From Nemertoderma westbladi (taxonomy: Eukaryota > Animalia > Xenacoelomorpha): a stretch of 64,000 nucleotides of DNA. Under the pieces are notes generated by a model. That model saw nothing but the letters and a program-made list of their open reading frames with translations. It had not been told where the DNA came from and ran no database searches. Where the stretch lies: contig JAUCBJ010003847.1 of the NCBI GenBank assembly GCA_032718475.1, positions 1 through 64,000 on the forward strand, given 5' to 3'. Position numbers and translations under genes: made by a program. Each line of letters starts with the position of its first letter. Positions within the stretch are counted from its first letter, which is position 1. Shown here piece by piece: positions 1 through 11,400 of the stretch.

Positions 1-1254
1 CTATCTCATTCTAGATACCGTTTCTCAAACTGGGTACCTTTTCTCTTACCTCACTCTTACTAACTCAAACCTGTCTGGTTTACTCAAACCCAACTCAAAC
101 TCGCGTAACCACCCACTGTGCACTGTGTAGCATTCATACAACAAGCTGTCTGTGTTTAATGGCCCACTCGCTTCTGTTATACTCTGCCTACGGGTTTGAT
201 GGTCTCCTGCTGTTATAACATTCCCTAAACTTGATTTGTTTGTGTGTAATTAACTCCAGTAGACAGTGAGAATTAAGTTGCAGACTCAGTGACTCAATTT
301 ATTTTTAAATTTCAGAATAAAAAAATTATATGCTAAATTATTAAACTGAAGATTTATTAATTTTTTATTACATTTATTAAGTATGTATGACTCATAACAT
401 ATTAACGTTATTTTACATTAAAATATAACCATATAATATAACCAACCAATTTTATAAATTTAATTTAATGTCGCGTATATTTCGCTAATGTTTCTAATGT
501 TTAACTTTAATGTTTAACTAATGTTTTACTAATGTTTAATTCTCTATTACATCGTCAACACAATTATTCGCAATATATCCGGGTGTGGGCATACCGGGCA
601 AAGGGGCCAGAGGAAACCTCTGTAATTATAGACAGGGCTCATATTTATGGGAGGGGGGTGGGGGGGGGGGGGGGGGTGTGTGTTGCGAGGTCCCATATGC
701 ACTATAATAATTCTTAATTAACAATTAGATTTTTAAACTGATATGTCTTGTAAGGCACCAATTGACATCAAACAGACAGACAACAGAGCACCAATTTCCC
801 ACAACAATATTCCCAGAATTAAAACTTTCTCTACAAACAGACCGAGCCAGTGTGGTTTAGTTAACAACATACATTTAGTAAAGCCCACAAAGGAACTGTG
901 TGATTGACATGTCTTTTATGAGACACACGCAAGCCGGCCTGCCCAGCTTATGTAACTCAAGAGCCCAAGCAACAGACAGAGGCCCCTTCCCCATGTGGTG
1001 CCTCACTCAACCAGAGTAATTATCCATCCCGTACAGGAAGAGTAATGCTGAGTATGGCACAGTTGGAAGTCAACCTAACTCAAACCATGGCGCCAGACTC
1101 TAGTTTGAGTTAGATTGAGCTGGCTGCATCTTTCTGATTTCTCAACTCTTACCCCAGTCTTACCTACTGAAATTCTCCGTTGACTATCATTAGTAAAAGG
1201 TTTGAGAAATGATACCCAGTTTGAGAAATAATATTCAGAATGAGATAGGGACTG
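1..1254. mobile_element. Non-autonomous TIR element (Tc1/mariner-type MITE), left end just outside the window
   Basis: 1-45 (ctatctcattct...tttctcaaactgggta) is the reverse complement of ~1205-1248. The right end reads ...agaatgagatagggactg followed by TA, i.e. a TIR starting CAGTCCCTATCTC. No transposase ORF. Confidence 0.65.
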
Positions 1255-1545
1255 TATACCACCAAGCCCCATTAGTCAGTATGTCGGTACTTTCAATTAT
1301 CACATTATGAAGTTAAGCAGAATTCCGACAATTACTGCAAATTGTAAAATCTAATATATATTTTTTATACTGTGTGTGTTTGCCCCAGCAACCTACCAGT
1401 TTTCCATTGGTATCACTGATTTACTTACTGTATAGGGTTCCAATGTTCTGTGGTCTGATGTCTGTTTGGGATAGGTGGTAACAGAGTTCATGGTGCGATA
1501 TTTTAGGTCATTGGTGCAATATAGATAGGCTTTGGGTAATCCTTT

Positions 1546-1601
1546 GTCCAGCTGATGAGGTGTCGAGATTACCGCGTACTGGGTCTCAGACACCGAAACG
1601 C
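1546..1601 (+). ncRNA. Hammerhead ribozyme motif, non-circularly permuted (copy 1)
   Basis: GUCCAG-CUGAUGA-GGUGUC-[GAGAUUACC-GCGUA^CUGGGU-CUCA]-GACACC-GAA-ACGC. Core CUGAUGA 1552-1558, stem II GGUGUC/GACACC, GAAA 1595-1598, stem III ACGC/GCGU, stem I GUCCAG/CUGGGU. Predicted cut at 1578/1579. Confidence 0.75.
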
Positions 1602-2244
1602 AACCATATTTTTGATAAATTAATTATTTTTGCTTGAATTCTACCCCTTTACGGCGACAAAATGTCATATATTTTTCTATGGAATATAGGCTTAGCTATT
1701 GTGCAGTATACTACCGGTATCATTTAGTGTATGGCGGTTAGGTTAGGGTTAGGGAGCGATGCATACCTGTATGTTGAGCATGTTTCAATATATTTGTTTA
1801 TGTCGTTTTTGTTTGTATTATTTTGTGTCGTTTTTTTTTTTTTTTTGATGGCCTTAGGGCTAAGTTTTACTTAGGGCTTAATGTCCTGATCCTACGTTTT
1901 TTTGTTAGATTAAGGGGTGTAAGTCTTTAGTGTTTACCCATTTATTATATTTATATACCACCAAGCCCCATTAGTCAGTATGTCGGTACTTTCAATTATC
2001 ACATTATGAAGTTAAGCAGAATTCCGACAATTACTGCAAATTGTAAAATCTAATATATATTTTTTATACTGTGTGTGTTTGCCCCAGCAACCTACCAGTT
2101 TTCCATTGGTATCACTGATTTACTTACTGTATAGGGTTCCAATGTTCTGTGGTCTGATGTCTGTTTGGGATAGGTGGTAACAGAGTTCATGGTGCGATAT
2201 TTTAGGTCATTGGTGCAATATAGATAGGCTTTGGGTAATCCTTT

Positions 2245-2300
2245 GTCCAGCTGATGAGGTGTCGAGATTACCGCGTACTGGGTCTCAGACACCGAAACGC
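2245..2300 (+). ncRNA. Hammerhead ribozyme motif (copy 2)
   Basis: Identical to 1546-1601, offset +699. Confidence 0.75.
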
Positions 2301-2943
2301 AACCATATTTTTGATAAATTAATTATTTTTGCTTGAATTCTACCCCTTTACGGCGACAAAATGTCATATATTTTTCTATGGAATATAGGCTTAGCTATTG
2401 TGCAGTATACTACCGGTATCATTTAGTGTATGGCGGTTAGGTTAGGGTTAGGGAGCGATGCATACCTGTATGTTGAGCATGTTTCAATATATTTGTTTAT
2501 GTCGTTTTTGTTTGTATTATTTTGTGTCGTTTTTTTTTTTTTTTTGATGGCCTTAGGGCTAAGTTTTACTTAGGGCTTAATGTCCTGATCCTACGTTTTT
2601 TTGTTAGATTAAGGGGTGTAAGTCTTTAGTGTTTACCCATTTATTATATTTATATACCACCAAGCCCCATTAGTCAGTATGTCGGTACTTTCAATTATCA
2701 CATTATGAAGTTAAGCAGAATTCCGACAATTACTGCAAATTGTAAAATCTAATATATATTTTTTATACTGTGTGTGTTTGCCCCAGCAACCTACCAGTTT
2801 TCCATTGGTATCACTGATTTACTTACTGTATAGGGTTCCAATGTTCTGTGGTCTGATGTCTGTTTGGGATAGGTGGTAACAGAGTTCATGGTGCGATATT
2901 TTAGGTCATTGGTGCAATATAGATAGGCTTTGGGTAATCCTTT

Positions 2944-2999
2944 GTCCAGCTGATGAGGTGTCGAGATTACCGCGTACTGGGTCTCAGACACCGAAACGC
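2944..2999 (+). ncRNA. Hammerhead ribozyme motif (copy 3)
   Basis: Identical to 1546-1601, offset +1398. Confidence 0.75.
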
Positions 3000-3530
3000 A
3001 ACCATATTTTTGATAAATTAATTATTTTTGCTTGAATTCTACCCCTTTACGGCGACAAAATGTCATATATTTTTCTATGGAATATAGGCTTAGCTATTGT
3101 GCAGTATACTACCGGTATCATTTAGTGTATGGCGGTTAGGTTAGGGTTAGGGAGCGATGCATACCTGTATGTTGAGCATGTTTCAATATATTTGTTTATG
3201 TCGTTTTTGTTTGTATTATTTTGTGTCGTTTTTTTTTTTTTTTTGATGGCCTTAGGGCTAAGTTTTACTTAGGGCTTAATGTCCTGATCCTACGTTTTTT
3301 TGTTAGATTAAGGGGTGTAAGTCTTTAGTGTTTACCCATTTATTATATTTATATACCACCAAGCCCCATTAGTCAGTATGTCGGTACTTTCAAGAATAGC
3401 TGAGGTATTAGCGTTCGAAAGTTGCATGCATTTGCATCTGCGCGAAGCAATTTTATACGGCCATATTATAGTACGGTATGGCTACATTTTGTTCTTATAG
3501 TTCCGCACGTAGCTGCATTTTGAATTTATA

Positions 3531-5066
3531 TGTAGGCGGATTCAATTCCGTGCATTGCCCACCGAAAATGGGACTAGTGGCATTTTACCAATATAGTTGG
3601 CGATGTGAGATTACCAATAATAATCTCACCTCCTAACCAACTGGGGGGGGGGGGGGGGGGATACACGCCGTAACCCACAAAGGAAGGTGAGAGGTCAAAC
3701 CACCTCACAGGGACAAACCTACTACTAGGATCGGCATGCTGCATTGCAGCTGCATTTTTAAGAATGCTGTGCCGGCTTGTCAACAAAATTGCACTGCCAC
3801 AACTCCCTATCACCCATGACATTTGCTAGATCATCCGCATCTTTAAGGCCAGTGTCCTTTAAGATGCGTCTCAAGAAAGTCATGGGCTGTCCACCATGCT
3901 TATTCACTCCATGAGGCTGCCAAAGTACGAGATTATGCACTGGCTGGTCCTCACGGCGAAAGCAATGTCCTGCAAAGCGGAGGCGATTTTGTTCTAGTGT
4001 CAAGCTTGGGGGAACCAATGAGACACCTCCAATGTTATATAGTGTCTGGTTGGAGATGTGTGCATTGTACTTGACACAATGAACCCGGCGTAGCATTCTT
4101 GTGAATGTGCCATCCAGAGATTTGGTGTCCTCAGCAGTTAGAGCCCAGCATGGACTCCCATAGAGGAGTACTGGAACTACTGCTGCTCTAAATAATCGGA
4201 CCTTAAGTTTCCGATTAATTCTCGGTGACTTCCAAATCCTGGAAAGCCTATTCAAGGCTGCCCATGCCTTTCCCTTACGTATTCGAAGGTCCTCACCTGA
4301 CTTCCGGATCCATGATCCCAGGTAACAGAAGTCGTCCACATGCTCAAGCATACCATCCTTTGAGCTTATGCTCATCCGATCAGAGACTTGCTGAGGACTT
4401 TCAAAGTTAACTGTCAGGATTTTGGTCTTTCTGGAGTTAATAAAAAGACCAACACTAGAAGCAGCATGTTCTAATGAGCTGAGGAGCCGTTGGGCTCCCT
4501 CTAATGATTCTGAGAGTTCTCCTAAGTCATCAGCAAAGTCTAGATCAGTTACGTACTTGGCAGGATTTCCTCGACTTCTGGAGCCAGGTTTGTCCCTTCC
4601 AGGGACAAACCAGCTAGTGAGGCTAGCACCAAGGGGTAACGCCAACAGGGAGTGGCGAAGTGACAATTAGTAGATAAGCCAATAGTGGGCAGGAAAGCAC
4701 ATTGGGGAGGACAACAGCGCATCCATTGGATATTAGAGGGCACCCAGTAGTGTATGGCTAAAACCAATATGTGTCAATGAATAACTCTTGTAATCACTGA
4801 TTATTAGTTAGTTGATTCCCTTACAGTTATAGTTTTTGACTGTCGTTGTTACTGTTACTGTTTGCATTGCATATTATTATATTCAGACTGTGCTATTATC
4901 AATTGCTGTGATTATCAATACTGACAACTAACTCCATTGTTTTCTATCGGCCTTTGGCCAAACATATTTATCCAGCCGTCAGCCCAGCAGCCCAGCGACG
5001 CAACGACGCGTACAACCTACACCGGTTAGTATCCACTACTGTCAACTCAAAGTGGATACCGTCACA
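3531..5066 (+). repeat. 5' LTR of a BEL/Pao element (~645 bp), interrupted by an RTE LINE
   Basis: Starts TGTAGGCGGATTCAATTCC, ends CCGTCACA, and is followed by GTCAAAAAC and gag. Homologous to the LTRs at 9562-10219, 37751-38238 (inverted) and 61097-61210. Confidence 0.85.
3720..4587 (-). mobile_element. 5'-truncated RTE-clade LINE (RT C-terminal half)
   Basis: ORF 3758-4666 contains LDFADDL, FCYLGS and RLRFAGHCFR; 3' (TAG)n tail; 12-bp TSD CAGGGACAAACC at 3708-3719 and 4600-4611. Confidence 0.92.
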
Positions 5067-6689
5067 GTCAAAAACTACCAACGACACAACAGAGATAAAC
5101 TGTGACCACAACTAGGAAGATGAGCGAACAGACGCCCCGAGGTTCGGAGAGGTACCGGCCCGCCACACCGGATTCATCAACAAGGGACGCTCCGGATGTC
5201 GAGGAGGAGGGCGACTGGGTACGAGAAGGAGAGAGACGCGAGTTGACACGGAGTGGCGAGAGGAGCACCGGGATCGCCATCCAGTCAGTGGCTACACCCG
5301 GCGAACGGCCCACCGGAACGGCAAAGGTGGGGCCAACGGTGCTACGCCGGATGAGTAAACAAGGTCAGGAGGTCAAGGAGGAGGATGTCGGGACGAGCGA
5401 TCGACTACGACGCACGTACAACGCGACGAGGGAGATGATAAAGGACGCTAGAGAAGGAGGAAAGGTGAACGAACCCAAACTAACTCGGAGACTCGATGAG
5501 TGTAATAAACATTTTCACTACCTAGTCCGATTTGGGCAGGGGGAACTGGCAAGTGAAAGGGCGAGGGGGATCGCCACGGAACTTTTTGAATTGTGGAGGT
5601 CCAAGGTTATACCGAATGGTGTGGTGTACGAAGGGCCTTATCTGGTGGATGTGCAGGGGGTTAAGTTAGTGGGATGGGCGGGTTCGAACGACGCCGAACT
5701 CGAGGTTATTCCGGAAGATTCGGCGTTGTCCGTTAGTGAAACCACCAGTAGGTGTGATACAATCAGTGGAACCAGCAGGCAACGGGGGTCCGTCGCAACC
5801 GAAATGTCCGCTACACCCTCCGCGAAAGCAAGAAGGGTATTAGAATCAAAAGGAATTAGAGAGACAATTGGGTGAAGGGACCGCGTTGTTAGAGAGAGAG
5901 AGAGGGAGTTAGCGAGAGAGTGTAGTGAGAGAACCGCGAGGGAGGCAGAGAGGATTGAGAAAGAGAGGGAGAGAGAAATAGCTGGTAAGAGAATGCGGGA
6001 TGATATGCATACCCGGGAGGGGGTTAATGCAGTATCAGGCGAGACAAAGGCGCCGATTTGAACTGGCATAAATGGGTTTAACAGAGAGCGAAGCGAGTTC
6101 GGGAAGTATTTATGAGGAACCAGAGGTGATGGAGACCTTTGTTAATACCCCAGTTACAGATACGTTTAGTAGTGATGTTAATATTAACAATACTGTAGTA
6201 GGTGGTTTAAATACTAATGAGAGTGTATTTCTTACAGGAAATGATGTTTCGGTGAATAATTTAAATAATAATAATGTTCATACTGGTACAGAAAATAATT
6301 TAAATAATTTAAATAATAATGTTAATGGTGGCTCAATAAATAATTCGAATAATCTAAATAATAACGGTGGGCAAAGTAATTTAAATAAAAATATAATAAA
6401 TAAGGAGGGGGAAAGTAAAGACGGTATAATTAATATAAGCGGTCGAGAGGCAAACAATTCGCCTGGGAGGGGCCTTGTAGGCCACGCAGCAGCGCAGGGA
6501 GAAACACAGGGGTAAGAACCCAGGGGGAACAGGAGTAATGTGTCGACTAGAGGGGGGCGTGAAGGAAGGGGTGAGACGAGAAGTGACGGGTGGGGGGGGG
6601 GGGGGGGGGCTATGGGCACCCCACCGCAACCAGTTAGTGACTGGTTGGGGGGAGGCTACGGGCACCACACTGCAACTGGTAAGTAACGA

Positions 6690-6860
6690 GAGAAGGGGGG
6701 CAACAGACGCCCCACAGGCGTCGGTAGAAAATGTGCACGGTGAGTTAAGTGAACCATGGCACCTGACGACGGGGGGAAGGAGGGGGGCAACAGACGCCCC
6801 ACAGGCATCGGCAGAAAATGCGCGCGGCGAGTTAAGTGAACCGTGGCACCTGACAACAGA
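6690..6860 (+). repeat. Two ~87-bp tandem units inside the BEL gag region
   Basis: RRGATDAPQASVENVHGELSEPWHLTT versus RRGATDAPQASAENARGELSEPWHLTT. Confidence 0.85.
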
Positions 6861-7691
6861 GGAAAGTAGAAGGGCAGCGAATATCTATGAGGCTGTACAA
6901 CCGGGTAAAGGGAAAAACGTTCATGCCGAAAGCGGCCAAACGAAGGAACGTCGAGCCCACTCGGGAGACAGAAGGAGAACGGTAGAGTTCATCCGGGAGG
7001 TCGATACGAGACCTCATGAACATAGGTATAACGCCGGGAGTAGAGGACGCGAGGAGGGCGATAGAGAAGAAGTGAGCGAGGAAGTGTTGCTACGGGCAAC
7101 CAGAGGGGAAGGACGGACAGTGAACCATCGGTAGTCGAGATGGAGACAGAGAGCTGGTGGGGTCGTACTCTGGGAGATTGCCATCGCCCCGGAGAAACGC
7201 AACCTGGTGAAATATACAACACACCGGGAGAGTGGTACAGAGTGTACCGGTACGAGGATGAAGACAGGAGAGGGGATTGGAGAGAAACTTCCCATCGGAA
7301 CGTAGCTGCCGATCGAGAATATGGTAGTCGCGGGGAGGACTTCTCGGAATACTCAAGAAGATTAAATTTCAGTCCGGAAGGACACAGGCAGACTGCAGGA
7401 CATACTGTAGGCCTTACTGCACTTACTATAGGCCATTCTGGGAGAGATAGTGTAGGCGATAGGGTAGCGCAAATGACGGGATTAAACCCAGAGGTCGCGG
7501 CGTACATACCAGTTGGTAGGCAAGAAGGCGTTAGGCCTATACCGGTACCTGCACACCAGTATGACTATAACATGCAGGGATATAATATATACCCAAGGGA
7601 GGGGGGAGGTATTGCAGATAGGTGTGTGGGCCCCAACATGATAACATCAACCCAGTACCAAACATAACATCGGTGGGGGGGGGGGGGGGGG

Positions 7692-9561
7692 GTGCAGGGT
7701 GACATTCCCCCATTACAGAATCAGCAATACACGCAACCAAAATCAAGAACCCCAAACCCCTCAGACCCAAATAAATCGTGCGACACAGAGATATGGAGGG
7801 GACCATTACCCCCGATGATATATCCCACGCAGGAAAAGTCGACGGGCCCGATGGGTGAACTGCACCCAACAGCAAAGGAGTCTGTATCCCTACCATCGAG
7901 CGCGCTGGAAGTACAAGCGATGGGAGTGGCAACACTCATCAACGCGCTGAAGACTAGGATTGAGCTGCCCCCAGTGGAGCCCATCAAGTTCGATGGTAGT
8001 AAGCCGGAGGAATATCTGCAATTCCGGCGTATGTACAGCAATGAAATTTTGACAAAAAACCTGACGCAGGCAGAGTGCCTTAAATATCTACAAGTCTACA
8101 CAGGGGGGCCAGCATACGACATCATGAGACAATACCAAGGTATTGAAGGAGGATTCACGACTGCATGGCGAGCCCTGGACAGGGAATTCGGGCATCCTGC
8201 GAAGATTATCCCTTAAGGGGAATAACATCAGGTGGACTACAGGACAACCCTGTCAGCATCAAAACCTTCGCCAACAAAGTAGAAAAGGCGCTAAAAGTAT
8301 TAAAGACCCTGGATGCACCTTATGAACTCAATGCATCAAGCAACATCACTGCAATAGCGCAGGCACTACCGATCTGGCTGAGAAACAAGTGGAGAAAGAT
8401 CACTTTCTCCACACGAGAGAGGAAAGGAGCTGGAGGAGATGTCGAACTTCCTTAACTACGAAGCGGAATTAATCACAGACCCAGTATATAGTGAGGAGAG
8501 TCTCGGTATGGTACCGAAATGCAGCCGGCCTAAACCCAAACATAGTCCGGCGGACGCATTTCCGAGAGTGAGGCAATCATTGCCGTATGCAACCGTCATG
8601 GGGACTTGTAGTCCACAGCACAGCCATGGTGACTATGGAGGAAACAACACCCCTGACGCGGGTTTGCGCAACCAAAACAACAAACCATCCGACTCGGACC
8701 TGGACGAAATACGCAAGACGCTATACAGAGAGCATTATAATCCATACTATAGGTGTCAAATACATAGAAAGCATGTGCATATGTGGGATACGACACATAA
8801 GACCGTCGATTGCGACCAGTGGCAGGCACTGCTGAAGGAACATCGATTAGCCTATACAGGGAGATTTGGGTTATGCCACAGATGCGCGGTGGGAGGACAT
8901 AAGAAGGATAGATGTCGAGAGAAGCCACCAAAGTACACTGAGACTGATGGAACTGAAGGCCACACGATGGCGACGAGCACCGTGGGAGCAAGGAGGAAGA
9001 GAACGGTACTACTCGGAGTAGTACCAGTGAGAATAGTAGGAGAAGACAGGCTATCGGTCACGACACTAATGTTGGTCGATAGCGGAGCAGCATTCACGCT
9101 AACGGAAAGTTGGGTGGCCGAAAAGATAGGGTTACGGACGAGGCCTAGTAACATGGCGGTAACCACTGTTTCCAGTAAGGACGAGGTCATGAGAATGAGA
9201 ACGGGATGCTGCGAGATAACAGTGATAACACCAGGGTGCGATTTTGGGGCTTCCATCGAACCCATCCAGATAATAGAATCAATCAATATTAACGCCAGGC
9301 GGCCCATGAAGATCGAGGTCGAGCAATACCAGTACCTGGACAACATCGATTTCTCCGTGCCCGAACTGGACGTCCCGAAAGTATCTCTCATAGTCGGCAT
9401 GGACTGTCCAATGGCCCATGAGAGACTACAGACCATTTTCGGCGATGACAGGGACCGAGACCCGATGGCCATTCTCACGCCATTTGGATGGACGCTTACT
9501 GGCCCAATTAAGATGAGGACACCGTTTGGTGTATCCGAAACATCAGGATGCATGCTGTCCG
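7692..9561 (+). pseudogene. gag-pro: BEL/Pao gag (DUF1759-like) plus aspartic protease, frameshifted
   Basis: ORFs 7692-8216, 8165-8455 and 8439-9566 are collinear with the unbroken copy at 62334-63899. Confidence 0.85.
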
Positions 9562-10219
9562 TGTAAGCGGATTCAATTCCACTTCATTACCCACCAGAAA
9601 ATGGGCTAGTGCCATTTTAGCAATATGTTGGGGATACGAGATTACCAATATCAATCTCGTATTATAACCAACATTGGGGGGGGGGGGGGGGCGACACAAA
9701 CCTCCAAAGCCACAGAGAGAGGTAAGAGGTCAAACCACCTTGGAGGGAAGGCAGCTAGTAGGGACTAGCAGCGGGGGGGGGGGGGGGGGGGGGGGGTGGA
9801 CACTCCCAGAGAGTGCCAAGGTGACAAGTAGTATATTAGCCAATAGAAGGGAGGGAAGCACGTGATAGGGAACAGCAAAGCATCCATTGGGTAGAAGGCC
9901 AAAGTAGAGTAAGAAGGTGAAGCAATATTCAATGTATTAGCCATATATTATCTCAGATTGTTAGATTAGTGCATCAGTTATTCAGTTTAGGGCTGTACGG
10001 TCATAGTTATTGACCGACACCGCCTTACCAGTATCTATATTCGGTTATTCTGCAATTTCTACATTGTGCTATTATCGAACGTATTAACTAATAACGAGAC
10101 AACAATAACTCTCATTGTTTTAACCCAACGGCCTCGGCCAAAGCTATTAGCACGATCCCCAAAGCAGAACGGTGACGCGTACTCTAACTAAACTGGTCGG
10201 GATCTCTGATCCCGTCACA
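9562..10219 (+). mobile_element. BEL/Pao solo LTR (658 bp) inserted into a related BEL element
   Basis: TGTAAGCGG...CCCGTCACA flanked by a 5-bp TSD GTCCG (9557-9561 and 10220-10224). Confidence 0.92.
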
Positions 10220-11400
10220 GTCCGGTACTGTTGAGGACATAGAGCAGAAGTCAAAGACGGGCGATGGGGAGGTCCCATATAAGAAGCAGCCCGGGGGAGG
10301 ACACCAGGAGTCGGGGATAGGTATGGATCTGGAACCATGCATAGTGGGGCGTGGTGAAAGGGTGGAGGATAAGTCCAGAGAAATACCACCGATAGATGAG
10401 TCAGGAGGAGAAGCAACATCAAGCGAGTGGGCGGAGGAGAATGGGTTCGATGCAGAGGACCTAGAGGCGATGGGATGGAACATAGGTGTTCCTGGCAAGC
10501 ATCGGTATGAGGATGGAGAAGAGTGGACGGCGAGATATCCGGATAGATGTCCGGAACAGACGCCGGTCCAGTTGAGAAGCATACCGATGGGGAGTAGGTC
10601 GAATAAGAAGACAAGGTGGAAAGGGAGAGGATGTGGGAGGATTAGACCAAGGGCGGAGAAGACGATGATGAAGTGTGACAAAGGAGGCAGGGAAGTTGGA
10701 GGAGATGTGTTGTACACGCACATGGGGCTGGCAGAGTGCGAGGGGGCATTAAATGGTAAGCCATTATGCGTACCGAAGGATGACCGGGGGTCATCAGGGG
10801 CTTTAACGCCGGCGCACATATTGAGGGGAGGCCAGCAGAGGTGGCATGTACCAGTGAGGATGGCATGAGGGGCGGCATTCTACCGCCAAGTGACGACAAG
10901 GTGGAGGGTGGAATTTTGCTGCCAGGGGACCACGAGGAGATCAGCAAGGTGATGGAAAGACCCGATTTTAGGGTGGAGGAGAAGGGAAGGTCGATTCCAA
11001 TAGAGTTGGAATTGACAAGGAGAGTGGGGCGAAGAATAAGAGGACCTACAGGGGGGCAGTGGGAGAGTTGCCTGCTGGAAGAATCGCCCTTAGGTGGTTG
11101 AGTCGTCCAATAAGTTGGACTGAGGGGGGTCGAAGATGGAAGAATTAGATCCGTGGAAGTGAGGATCGGAGGAAAGATAGGGGCCAAAGATAGGAAGACC
11201 TACAGGAGGGCGGTAGGAAAGTGTTGCCTATTGGAAGGGTCGCCTTAGAGTTGAGTCGTCCAATATATTGGACTGAGGGGGGTGGGAATGAGGGCGAGAC
11301 GCCCTTCCCACACATAAAAATAAAATAAAAATAAGCAAAATAACAAATAAGTAGTTAGTACCAAGGTACAATGTAGGTAATTACAATTATGTACGTCGGG

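Larger units (their letters stand above)
1255..3393 (+). repeat. Perfect tandem array: three 699-bp units plus 42 bp of a fourth (retrozyme-like)
   Basis: Units start tataccaccaagcccc at 1255, 1954, 2653 and 3352. Identical 66-aa shadow ORFs are spaced 699 bp apart, and the T16 tract has the same length in all three units. Confidence 0.97.
5067..11290 (+). mobile_element. BEL/Pao internal region, non-autonomous (gag-protease, no RT/RNase H, integrase C-terminal relic)
   Basis: Gag motif PIKFDGSKPEEYLQF (7692-8216), Cys/His knuckles (LCHRCAVGGHKKDRC), protease LVDSGA and TPFGWTLTGP (8439-9566), then LAECEGALNGKPL...ALTPAHIL and CLLEE before a G-rich PPT-like tract. Stops and frameshifts present. 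Confidence 0.85.

Noticed and set aside
1490-1660. Canonical type I or type III hammerhead folds
   Set aside because: No GUH plus stem I partner downstream of GAAAC, and the upstream hairpin UUGGGUAA/UUGUCCAG is not preceded by a valid stem III/UH. Only the loop-nested strand satisfies the consensus.
1738-1754. Telomere or interstitial telomeric array
   Set aside because: Only 2-3 TTAGGG-like units per monomer.
1393-2991. Three identical 66-aa minus-strand ORFs
   Set aside because: Non-ATG start, no recognisable motif, and antisense to the ribozyme; a by-product of the tandem repeat.
3352-3393. 42-bp terminal redundancy as an LTR or TSD of the array
   Set aside because: The left boundary is set by a MITE at a TA, so the true array start is unknown.
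6072-6515. Asn-rich (prion-like) ORF
   Set aside because: A low-complexity segment of the broken BEL gag N-terminal region, not an independent gene.
5068-11187. Numerous long antisense ORFs over the BEL elements (also 61061-63799)
   Set aside because: Shadow frames of purine-rich sense coding sequence; no motifs.
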